Shown here piece by piece: positions 52,887 to 61,448 of a stretch of 64,000 bases of DNA. Every line of letters starts with the position of its first letter. The stretch's first letter is position 1. Below the pieces are notes generated by a model. It was given only the letters and a program-made list of their open reading frames with translations, had not been told where the DNA came from and did no database searches. The stretch is from Polyangiales bacterium (GTDB lineage Bacteria; Myxococcota_A; Polyangia; Polyangiales; Houyiibacteriaceae), in the NCBI GenBank assembly GCA_041576815.1, contig JBFGKE010000018.1, positions 50-64,049 on the forward strand, given 5' to 3'. The position numbers and the translations under genes are program-made.

Positions 52887-54870
52887 GCTGAAGGCGGCAC
52901 CGAATCCGCGTCTGCTGTTCCTGCTCCCATCGCTCGAGCTCTCCCTTCAATTCCGCCCGCGCCTCCTTGTGCTCTGGCCCCTGCGCTGGCTTCTGGCTCG
53001 ATCCCTGGCCCCTCTCGTAGAAGAGGATCGCGTCTGCGCTTCGATGCTGAATCAATCGATGGCGGTCGCCGGTGACCGCGACCTTCGGCTCGTAGCCGCG
53101 GCTCGTTTCTCGGATGCTCCGGATCCGCTCCCGGATCGTCGCATCGTCGAGCGCCGGCAGTCGGAACCCGTCGAACAGCGCGCGTCCGCGCACTGGAAAC
53201 GCTTCCGAGAAACTGACTCGGTCGCGGCGGTTAGGGTCGACCCCGAAGAGGCTCTGCCCGGCGAGGTCTCCGGGAACCGGGACGCCGAGGAAGCGAAGTA
53301 CGGTAGGCCCCACGTCAGCCAGGCTCACGCCGACACTCGGCGCCGCGGCGGGGAGGTCCGCGTGGCGGAGCACGAGGGGTACGTCGACCATCCACGCATC
53401 TAGGTAGACGTGATGACCCCAGTATGACTTCTCGCCGAGCGCTTCACCGTGATCGGAAAAGAAGACGACGAGCGTGTCGTCCAGCCAGCGATGTCGTGTG
53501 AGGTATTCGATCAAGCGCCCGAGCTCGCGGTCGAAGTAGGCCACCTCGCTCAGATAGGCGTTCTTCTTGCCCGTTCCGAAGGACATGCCCGGCTGCGGCT
53601 CGTATGGGTCGTGGGGAGCGTAGTAGTGAATCCACGCCATGACCGAGGCGCCATCGTGCCGCGCGTCACCGAGCCAGCCGATCAGCGTTGCGCTCGCATC
53701 CGCATCGGATTTCGCAAAGACGGTGTCGACACCCGGAGCGAGGAACTGCTCGACGATGGGCAGACGGAACCAACTGACGTCGGGCAGCACCGCGAGCTGG
53801 CGGTCGACGACCCCGCGAGAGCGCGTGAAGATCGTCTCCGGCAGTGAAGGGTGGACGTAGAGCTCCGCAGGGGTGAGGCCCGTGAATGCGCTCCCCATCG
53901 CGAAGAGCGTGGCCGGGTACGTCGACGTGGCGTTGGTGAACGCGACGCCCGCATCGCTCAGCCTCGAGAGAGACGGTGTCACCGGGCGGCCGTCGACTTC
54001 CATTCCGACCACGTCCTTTCGAAGCGCGTCGACCGTGATGACGATGACGTTGCGGCGAGCCTCCGCGGGGATGGCGATTGGCTCGTCGGGTGTGAGGGGC
54101 TCGAGTGCTGCGCAGCGCGAGCCGTCCTCTTCAGCGCGACCGTCGCGGCTCCCATGGGGGATCACGTAGAGCATCGCAAGCGCACCCGCTCGGCTTTGTG
54201 CGATTACTTCGCGACGGCCTTTCGCAACCCACGCGGCGTCGAAGCGAGAACCGGCGCTCAAAGTCAATCCCATGACAGCGACGATCCAGACGGCCCGTCT
54301 CCGGCGCGACCCGTGCACGAGAACATCGAGGATTGCACCGCAGAGCACCCCTGCCGGGAAGACGAGTTGCGCCATCGAGTGGTCGTAGGCTCGATATCGG
54401 ACCATGAGCGCCGTCATTCCAACGACTGCGACGAGGCTCGAACCGACCCACGACACCAACCCGAGCGCGCTCTTGCGGCGCATGCCGAGCACCAGCCACC
54501 CCCAGCCGGCCGCCCCGGCCACGCCAAATCCGAGCCCCATCGCGGCACGCGCCATCGTGCGCCGTGGGTGAAGCGCCCATCGCGGCCCGGACAGCAGGAA
54601 ATCGGTGTGCTGCCATCCCATCGCGAGCGAGAGCGAGGCGACTGCAACCATCGACGCGACCAGCACGCCGGCCTTCGAGCCCGCGACGCGTCGCGCGCCG
54701 ACGAGCGCAAGCGTGGTGGGGATCGAACCGACGAGCGCCAGCCAGCCGACCTGTCCAAGGAGCGCAAGCGAGACCGGGCTCCGGGGCAGCAGCCCCGCGA
54801 TCAGAAAGAACGCACAGCCGACGAAGGCCGAGGACCATGCGGTGAGGAGGTCGGTCGACTTACTGGGCAT
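52849..54870 (-). CDS. Membrane-anchored sulfatase-superfamily protein
   Basis: Polytopic N-terminus (about 250 aa), then NVIVITVDALRKDVVG, YYAPHDPY, FFSDHGEALGEKSYWGH. Confidence 0.65.
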   Translation of the reverse strand: MPSKSTDLLTAWSSAFVGCAFFLIAGLLPRSPVSLALLGQVGWLALVGSIPTTLALVGARRVAGSKAGVLVASMVAVASLSLAMGWQHTDFLLSGPRWALHPRRTMARAAMGLGFGVAGAAGWGWLVLGMRRKSALGLVSWVGSSLVAVVGMTALMVRYRAYDHSMAQLVFPAGVLCGAILDVLVHGSRRRRAVWIVAVMGLTLSAGSRFDAAWVAKGRREVIAQSRAGALAMLYVIPHGSRDGRAEEDGSRCAALEPLTPDEPIAIPAEARRNVIVITVDALRKDVVGMEVDGRPVTPSLSRLSDAGVAFTNATSTYPATLFAMGSAFTGLTPAELYVHPSLPETIFTRSRGVVDRQLAVLPDVSWFRLPIVEQFLAPGVDTVFAKSDADASATLIGWLGDARHDGASVMAWIHYYAPHDPYEPQPGMSFGTGKKNAYLSEVAYFDRELGRLIEYLTRHRWLDDTLVVFFSDHGEALGEKSYWGHHVYLDAWMVDVPLVLRHADLPAAAPSVGVSLADVGPTVLRFLGVPVPGDLAGQSLFGVDPNRRDRVSFSEAFPVRGRALFDGFRLPALDDATIRERIRSIRETSRGYEPKVAVTGDRHRLIQHRSADAILFYERGQGSSQKPAQGPEHKEARAELKGELERWEQEQQTRIRCRLQLTDETPSTPRLE

Positions 54871-56560
54871 CGAGCTCCGCGACCTTCTGGTCGAGCGACT
54901 GCTCCGCAGCGATTTGCCGCGACGCTCTCATCGCTGGCTCGAACGGCGTGTGGAGCAGCCACCATCGCAGGCGCGTCGCAACGGGTGTGAGGCCCCAAAC
55001 GCGGATCTTTCGGGCCCGCTCGCGTAGATCGAGCATGAAATAGTTCCCGTACTGTCGATAGGGGTGCCGAGATGCAAACGCCGCGCGGTCGGCTTCGCTG
55101 AACGCGTCTGCCGCCGCGACGAATACCCACCCCGTTGCGCCCTGCGCATCGGGAAGGTCGTCGCGAGGTGCGTTGACCCAACGATGCGTCACGCGATCGA
55201 GCGTGATGTCGAATCGGGGCTCCAAACGTCGCGGCTGGAGGCTCGTGTGCAGTTGGACACCGGTCTCCCGGTCGGTCCACGCTTTGACCCGCCGAGCGAA
55301 ACGCAGCTCCGGCCGCCCCGAGTCGTACTCGTCGATCGCGCCCCGTATCGGCGTGAAGAACCACATCGAGCCGCCGACGTAGCGTCCTTGGGGGACGATC
55401 TGCACGACACGAGCGCCGAGTGGGACGAGGAAAACAAGCACGGCGACGAACGCGGCGGCGACGCCCGCTCGCTCGCGAACCCGATGCGCGATTGCGAAAA
55501 GCGCGCTCGGAACCGCAATCGCGACCGCTGGCAGCACCGGCCAGGCCCAGTACGAATGCACGACCGCACTCCACCGAAACGTCCAGTAGTGGATCAGACC
55601 TGCGACGAGGAACGAAACGGGTACCAGGTCGCGCGAGCGGGCCGTTCCGCGAGCCACCCGCCAGATCCAGGCCGCGAGCCATCCAGCAGTGAGCGCGAGA
55701 ATCGGTGCGGTGAACATCAGCTCGGGAACCCGGAGCAGGTGCGTACGGAATCGTGTCCAAGAGAGCGCTCGCCGTGCGTTGAACGTGTCGGTGAGCTCGT
55801 CGAGGTTTCCGGTCGTGACCTCCACCAACACGAAGTGCCCGACAAACAAGACGACGACCCACGCGCAAAAGACCCACAGCTTGCGAGCCGATCGCGAAGA
55901 GGGCGCGGAGCCCCTCGACTCCGCCAGCGTCCAAAGCCAGTGGATCGCGATACACCCTGCCAGATAGTACGCGGGCCAGTCCCACGTGGCGGCCATCGCA
56001 AATGCAGCCAAGAAGAGGACGAACCCAGTCCGCGACCACGCGATCGCCCGGTCTGCACGCAGATAGAGATAGATCGCGAGCAGCCCCCAACAGATGAGGC
56101 CGGCCGAGTGATTGGCCATGTTGGTGTAGATCGCGTTGATCGGAAGCGCGACGTAGATCGCAGATGCGAAGAGCGCATGCCCGTCGCCCCACAGCCGTCT
56201 CACCACGGCAAAAAGCATGCAAACCGCTGCGACGCTCCAGAAACCCGCCACCGCACGCACGGAGATTTCTGCGTCACCGAACAGCCAGACACTCGCAACG
56301 TTGTGGAGGTGCAGCGAAAGCGGCGCATGTGTGTAGAGCTGCTCCTCGTTCGGTGGAACGTTGGCGGTATCGTACTGAAGAGGAAACAGCACGTTCCACC
56401 GAAGCGTGTTGCGCGCAGCGTTTTGATACGCCGCACCATTCCAGCCGTTGTGGCCGCGCGTCCACTGATCAGCCACGCCCAGCACCGCCAAGAAGACCTG
56501 TGCGGCGAGAACGAAAGCGAAAAGAGCGCGGTTTCTTCGTCTCGAGCGGTCGTGCCCCAT
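54860..56560 (-). CDS. Polytopic GT-C-like glycosyltransferase (ArnT/PMT-like)
   Basis: 566 aa with more than 10 TM helices, a first-loop acidic/aromatic region, and a soluble C-terminal domain. The family call comes from architecture only. Confidence 0.45.
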   Translation of the reverse strand: MGHDRSRRRNRALFAFVLAAQVFLAVLGVADQWTRGHNGWNGAAYQNAARNTLRWNVLFPLQYDTANVPPNEEQLYTHAPLSLHLHNVASVWLFGDAEISVRAVAGFWSVAAVCMLFAVVRRLWGDGHALFASAIYVALPINAIYTNMANHSAGLICWGLLAIYLYLRADRAIAWSRTGFVLFLAAFAMAATWDWPAYYLAGCIAIHWLWTLAESRGSAPSSRSARKLWVFCAWVVVLFVGHFVLVEVTTGNLDELTDTFNARRALSWTRFRTHLLRVPELMFTAPILALTAGWLAAWIWRVARGTARSRDLVPVSFLVAGLIHYWTFRWSAVVHSYWAWPVLPAVAIAVPSALFAIAHRVRERAGVAAAFVAVLVFLVPLGARVVQIVPQGRYVGGSMWFFTPIRGAIDEYDSGRPELRFARRVKAWTDRETGVQLHTSLQPRRLEPRFDITLDRVTHRWVNAPRDDLPDAQGATGWVFVAAADAFSEADRAAFASRHPYRQYGNYFMLDLRERARKIRVWGLTPVATRLRWWLLHTPFEPAMRASRQIAAEQSLDQKVAELDAQ

Positions 56561-56593
56561 CGAGGCGGAGTATGGTCGCTCGTCGCGAGCGCG

Positions 56594-58210
56594 TCAGCTT
56601 TCGAGGAGCCGACGCGCGACCACGTGCGCCTGAATCTCGTTGGCGCCCTCGAAGATGCTCAGAACGCGGGAGTCGACCAGCAGGCGTGATGCGGTGTATT
56701 CCTCCACATAACAGTTGCCGCCGTGGATCTGCACGTTGGCGTCGGCCGCCTGCCAGGCCGCGCGCGTCGCGAGGAGCTTCGCCATGCCCGCTTCGAGGTC
56801 GCAGCGCTTCTCCTGGTCCTTTTCGCGCGCGCTGAAGTACGTGAGCTGCCGCCCGGCCTCGATGTCGACGACCATGCGGCCAATCTTCGCGGCGACCCGC
56901 GGAAACTGGAAGATCGGACCCCCGAACTGCTCGCGCTCGGTCGCGTAGAGGATCGCGTCCTCGAGCGCGGCCTGCGCGAGGCCGACGCCGCGCGCCGCCG
57001 TTTGAATGCGGGCGCTCTCGAAGGTACGCATCAGCTGTTTGAAGCCCGCGCCCTCCTCGCCCCCGAGCAGCGAGTCTGCGGGAAGGGCGAAGTCTTCGAA
57101 GCTGAGCTCGTACTCCTTCATCCCGCGGTAGCCGAGCACCTTGATCTCGGTACCGGTGAGGCCTTCGTCGACGAACTCCGGCTCTCCGTCTTCGCCGGTG
57201 AGTCGAGTTTTCTCGGCGAGAAACATCGAGAGACCCTTGTAGCCGGGCTCGTCGGCGTTCGTTCTCGCAAGCAGCGTCATCAAGTCTGCGCGGACTGCGT
57301 GGGTGATCCAGGTCTTTTGTCCGTTGACCACGTAGCTTCCGTCGTCCTGCTTGACTGCGCGCGTTCCCAGATGAGCCAAATCCGAGCCGATGTTCGGCTC
57401 GGTGAACACGGCAGTCGGAAGCACCTCACCAGCCGCGATTTTCGGGAGCCATTTCTGTCTTTGCTCTTCGGTGCCGCCGCCGAGGATGAGCTCGGCCGCG
57501 ATTTCTGCACGCGTGCCGAGGGAGCCTACCCCGATGTAGCCGCGCGAGAGCTCTTCGGTGACCACACACATCGCAACCTTGGTCATGCCGAGGCCGCCAT
57601 ACTCTTCGGGGATGGTCAGACCGAACACGCCGAGCTCGCTCATCTGATCGACGATGTCCATGGGGATGAGCACGTCGTTTCGGTGAATGTCCTGCGCCTG
57701 CGGGATCACCTCGGCATCGACGAACTTCGAAAACTGCGAGCGAATTTCGTCGAGCATGTCGTCGTCGAAGCCCGGGTTCGGGAACCCGTGGTCCCGCGCA
57801 TGCGCCGCGAGCTCGAGATAGACCTCGCCGCTGGCGTTTTCCGCACAAAACGCAACCACTTCGGGCTGAAGCACCGTCTCGCGGAGATCTCCATCCGAAA
57901 TGCCGAGCTCGCTCAGGCCCACCGTTTCACAAGGGCCGAGGGCGATGCCACCCGAAAGGGAGCGCGCGACCCCGCCGACGTACGCGCGCGCCACCTTGCT
58001 CTCGTAGGGGCCGCCAACACGATCGGCCCACGTCTCCATCTGCCGGCATGCCTCGAGCTCGGTGGCCAAGTAGGAGACCGCGTGGGCGGCGAACTGGTAC
58101 TGATTGAGCTTCTTGCCGCTGATTCGATCCCCGTCGGTGACGAGCGCTTTCACGTTGTCGTGGGCTCGCTCGTAGAGGCGCTCGATGGCTTCGATGACGT
58201 GCTGACTCAT
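56594..58210 (-). CDS. Acyl-CoA dehydrogenase with an N-terminal extension of about 165 aa (methylsuccinyl-CoA dehydrogenase-like)
   Basis: ATG at 58210 after GAGGAAG. The ACAD core begins near LDEIRSQFSKFVDAEV. TEPNIGSDL, GQKTWITHA, and C-terminal IFEGANEIQ. Confidence 0.8.
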   Translation of the reverse strand: MSQHVIEAIERLYERAHDNVKALVTDGDRISGKKLNQYQFAAHAVSYLATELEACRQMETWADRVGGPYESKVARAYVGGVARSLSGGIALGPCETVGLSELGISDGDLRETVLQPEVVAFCAENASGEVYLELAAHARDHGFPNPGFDDDMLDEIRSQFSKFVDAEVIPQAQDIHRNDVLIPMDIVDQMSELGVFGLTIPEEYGGLGMTKVAMCVVTEELSRGYIGVGSLGTRAEIAAELILGGGTEEQRQKWLPKIAAGEVLPTAVFTEPNIGSDLAHLGTRAVKQDDGSYVVNGQKTWITHAVRADLMTLLARTNADEPGYKGLSMFLAEKTRLTGEDGEPEFVDEGLTGTEIKVLGYRGMKEYELSFEDFALPADSLLGGEEGAGFKQLMRTFESARIQTAARGVGLAQAALEDAILYATEREQFGGPIFQFPRVAAKIGRMVVDIEAGRQLTYFSAREKDQEKRCDLEAGMAKLLATRAAWQAADANVQIHGGNCYVEEYTASRLLVDSRVLSIFEGANEIQAHVVARRLLES

Positions 58211-59220
58211 GTCTTCCTCGTGGGGGTGGAGCCGAGCGTCGTTAAATACTCTTGGCTCAACCGTTCGCAAAGGCTCAATGGCGTCTCATCGCCGCCGAGC
58301 GATTCTTCGGCACGGGCTTCCAGCGCACCTTCGCCTCCTAGGGTCGAAACCCCGTGCTCGCCATGTTTTCTGCTGAAAAGCTCGAGCGCCCAGCGGACCT
58401 CGCCGTGACGCCGGCGGTCCGCGAGAGTCGCCTCTAGATGCGCGCGGTGCTCGTCGATCGCGGCGATCAGCGCCTCGATGCCCGTGGCCCCGGTCGCGCT
58501 CGTCGCGAGCACCGGCGTCTGCCAGCCACCGTCGTGGACGCCCGTCGCGCCGGCGGCATGGGCCGTCCGGAGCGCGCCCTGAAGATCAGCCACGGCTCGC
58601 CTCGCGAGCTGCTCGTGATCGGCTTTGTTCACCACGAGAATGTCGGGGATTTCCATGATCCCAGCCTTGAGAAACTGGAGTACGTCGCCGCTCCCGGGCT
58701 GGATGACGAGCACCACTGTATCGGCCACGTGCACGATGTCGATCTCGGACTGGCCCACACCGGTCGTTTCGATCACGACGATGTCGTACGCGGCAGCAAG
58801 CACACGGACGGCCGAGTTGGCCGCGTAGGCAAGCCCGCCCACTTCGCCGGCGGTTGCCAGCGAGCGCACGAACAGCCCGGCGTCGGAGGGGTCGAAGCTC
58901 ATACGGGCGCGGTCACCGAGCAGCGAGTCCCCCGAGCGAATGCTCGATGGGTCGACCGCGATGACTCCGATCGTGCGGCCGTGTTGCCTCAGCGAGCGTG
59001 CAAGCGCCGCGGTGAGCGTGCTCTTGCCGACGCCCGGCGGGCCGGTGAGACCCACGCGATGTCCGCTCGCCGCGAGAGGCGCCCGTTGAAGCGCGGCAAG
59101 GAGGGCGGCGACCCGGCTCTGCGAGACCGCCCTTCGATCTTCGACGAGGTTGAGCGCGCGTGAGATGGCCGCTTTGTCGCCGGACATCACGTGCTCGGCG
59201 TCGGGGTCATTCGGCGGCAT
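58207..59220 (-). CDS. meaB: Methylmalonyl-CoA-mutase-associated G3E GTPase
   Basis: LTGPPGVGKSTL (P-loop), ETTGVGQSE, VVNKADH. The start is ATG 59220 (14-nt overlap with the mutase) or ATG 59187. Confidence 0.9.
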   Translation of the reverse strand: MPPNDPDAEHVMSGDKAAISRALNLVEDRRAVSQSRVAALLAALQRAPLAASGHRVGLTGPPGVGKSTLTAALARSLRQHGRTIGVIAVDPSSIRSGDSLLGDRARMSFDPSDAGLFVRSLATAGEVGGLAYAANSAVRVLAAAYDIVVIETTGVGQSEIDIVHVADTVVLVIQPGSGDVLQFLKAGIMEIPDILVVNKADHEQLARRAVADLQGALRTAHAAGATGVHDGGWQTPVLATSATGATGIEALIAAIDEHRAHLEATLADRRRHGEVRWALELFSRKHGEHGVSTLGGEGALEARAEESLGGDETPLSLCERLSQEYLTTLGSTPTRKT

Positions 59221-61240
59221 GCTGGCGGTCGACCAGGTCGATCAGGTCGCTCATGATGTTGTCGAGCTCGAAGTCCTTGGGCGTATAGACCGCAGCGATG
59301 CCCTCGCGGCGAAGCTGCTCTGCATCGGCTTCCGGGATGATGCCGCCGGCGACGATCGGCACGTCTCCGAGGCCCGCCGCACGAAGTCGACTGACCACGT
59401 CCGGGACCAGCTCTAGATGCGAGCCGCTGAGGATGCTGAGGCCGATCAGGTGCACACCTTCCTCGAGGGCCGAGGCGACGATTTGCTCCGGCGAAACCCG
59501 GATGCCCTCGTACACGACGTCGAAGCCGACGTCGCGCGCCTTGATCGCGATTTGCTCCGCCCCGTTGGAATGCCCGTCGAGTCCGGGCTTCCCGACCAGC
59601 AGCTTCGGACGCCGTCCCATCCGAGCCTCGAGCTCGTCCATTCGCCTGCGAAGCCGCTTGATGGTCTCGGCGGACGTGCCTGCCGCCGGCGTCTTGACCG
59701 TGGCGCCGGATACGCCCGTCGGCGCCCGATATTCGCCCCAGACCTCGCGGAGCGCGTTGGCCCATTCACCCGTCGTCACGCCGGCGTGCGCCGCAGCGAT
59801 AGACGCGAGCATCGTGTTTTCGTTCGACCGAGCCACACGTCTCAGCTCCTCGAGCGCCGCCTCGACCTTCGCCGGGTCGCGATCCCTTTTCCACCTGCCG
59901 AGCTCCTCGCGCTGCTGGGCATCGACCTCGGCGTCGACGGTCAAAATCGCCTCGTCGAGGTTTTCGATGAGCGGCGACGGCGCACCCTCCACGTACTTGT
60001 TGACGCCGACGACGATCTGCTCACCGTTTTCGATCGCGCGGAGGCGCTCGGCGTTGGACTCGACGAGACGCTGCTTGATGTACCCACTCTCGACTGCGGC
60101 CACGGCGCCCCCGCGTTTCAATACTTCCTCGACCTCTTCCCACGCCGAGTCGACGAGCTGCTGGGTTTGCGCCTCGACGACCTCGCTCCCTTGGAACAGG
60201 TCAGCATACTCGAGCAGATCGGTCTCGTACGCGAGGATCTGCTGCGCGCGGAGCGACCACTGCTGATCCCAAGGGCGTGGCAGGCCGAGCGCTTCGTTCC
60301 ACGCCGGGAGCTGAATCGCACGGGCGCGCGCATCCTTGCTGAGCGTGACCGCGAGCATCTCCAAGACGATGCGGATGATGTTGTTTTCCGGCTGCTGCTC
60401 GGTGAGACCCAGCGAGTTGACCTGGATGCCGTACCGAAACCGTCGTTGCTTCGGGTCGGTGACCCCGTAGCGGTCCCGTGTCACGCGGTCCCAGAGCTCG
60501 ACGAACGCTCGCATCTTGCACATCTCTTCGATGAATCGAATGCCGGCGTTCACGAAGAAGCTCATGCGCCCGACGACTTTGCCGAACTCGCTCTCGGGGA
60601 TTCGGCCGGTGGCCTTGACCGCGTCGAGAACGCCAATGGCCGTCACGAGCGCATAGGCGAGCTCCTGCGTGGGCGTCGCGCCGGCCTCCTGGAGGTGATA
60701 GCTGCAAATGTTGATCGGGTTCCACTTGGGGACGTTCTCGACGGTGTACGTGATGAGATCCGTGGTGAGCCGCATCGAGGCCGCCGGCGGAAAAATGTAC
60801 GTTCCGCGCGATAGATACTCCTTGATGATGTCGTTTTGCGTCGTGCCGCGAAGGACCTGCGGGTCGGCGCCGTGCTCTTCCGCGACCGCGACATAGAGCG
60901 AGAGCAGCCACACCGCGGTGGCGTTGATCGTCATCGACGTGTTCATCTGATCGAGGGGCAGCCCCTCGAACAGCGCGCGCATGTGACCGATGTGCGACAC
61001 GGGCACGCCGACCTTGCCGACCTCACCGCGAGCTGCGGGATCGTCGGCGTCGTATCCGGTTTGCGTGGGCAGATCGAACGCGACGCTCAGACCCGTTTGG
61101 CCTTTGGCGAGGTTGGTTCGGTAGAGCTCGTTGGACGCAGCCGCCGTGCTGTGGCCCGCGTACGTGCGCATGATCCACGGTTTGTCGCGCTGTCGCCTGC
61201 CGTCCTCCGCCATCCGCCGGTCCTTTCCTGAGGTCGCCAT
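59207..61240 (-). CDS. Single-chain adenosylcobalamin-dependent acyl-CoA mutase (ethylmalonyl-CoA mutase/MeaA-like)
   Basis: N-terminal TIM-barrel region WIMRTYAGHSTAAASNELYRTNLAKGQTGLSVAFDLPTQTGYD. C-terminal B12 domain with GKPGLDGHSNG (DxHxxG). 677 aa in one polypeptide. Confidence 0.85.
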   Translation of the reverse strand: MATSGKDRRMAEDGRRQRDKPWIMRTYAGHSTAAASNELYRTNLAKGQTGLSVAFDLPTQTGYDADDPAARGEVGKVGVPVSHIGHMRALFEGLPLDQMNTSMTINATAVWLLSLYVAVAEEHGADPQVLRGTTQNDIIKEYLSRGTYIFPPAASMRLTTDLITYTVENVPKWNPINICSYHLQEAGATPTQELAYALVTAIGVLDAVKATGRIPESEFGKVVGRMSFFVNAGIRFIEEMCKMRAFVELWDRVTRDRYGVTDPKQRRFRYGIQVNSLGLTEQQPENNIIRIVLEMLAVTLSKDARARAIQLPAWNEALGLPRPWDQQWSLRAQQILAYETDLLEYADLFQGSEVVEAQTQQLVDSAWEEVEEVLKRGGAVAAVESGYIKQRLVESNAERLRAIENGEQIVVGVNKYVEGAPSPLIENLDEAILTVDAEVDAQQREELGRWKRDRDPAKVEAALEELRRVARSNENTMLASIAAAHAGVTTGEWANALREVWGEYRAPTGVSGATVKTPAAGTSAETIKRLRRRMDELEARMGRRPKLLVGKPGLDGHSNGAEQIAIKARDVGFDVVYEGIRVSPEQIVASALEEGVHLIGLSILSGSHLELVPDVVSRLRAAGLGDVPIVAGGIIPEADAEQLRREGIAAVYTPKDFELDNIMSDLIDLVDRQHAAE

Positions 61241-61448
61241 CCGAGGGCGCAGAAGCCTACCTCGTTTTCGCCGCGGCCTGCGCTCTCCGACCGAGCCGCC
61301 GTTGCGGTGCTTTTTACAGCTTCACACGGCTTTGCCCGGTGCTTTTGGATTATCATACCGCGAACCCGGGTCAAGCGACGGAGATGGCTCGGTTTTTCCA
61401 GGGTTCAGCGCCCTGGTCGATCTTGTAAAGTTGCGGTAAACACCACGG

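Noticed and set aside
55064-58408. 541-aa (55064..56689) and 561-aa (56723..58408) + strand ORFs
   Set aside because: They are antisense to the GT-C-like gene and to the acyl-CoA dehydrogenase, which has clear ACAD motifs. The composition is shadow-frame.
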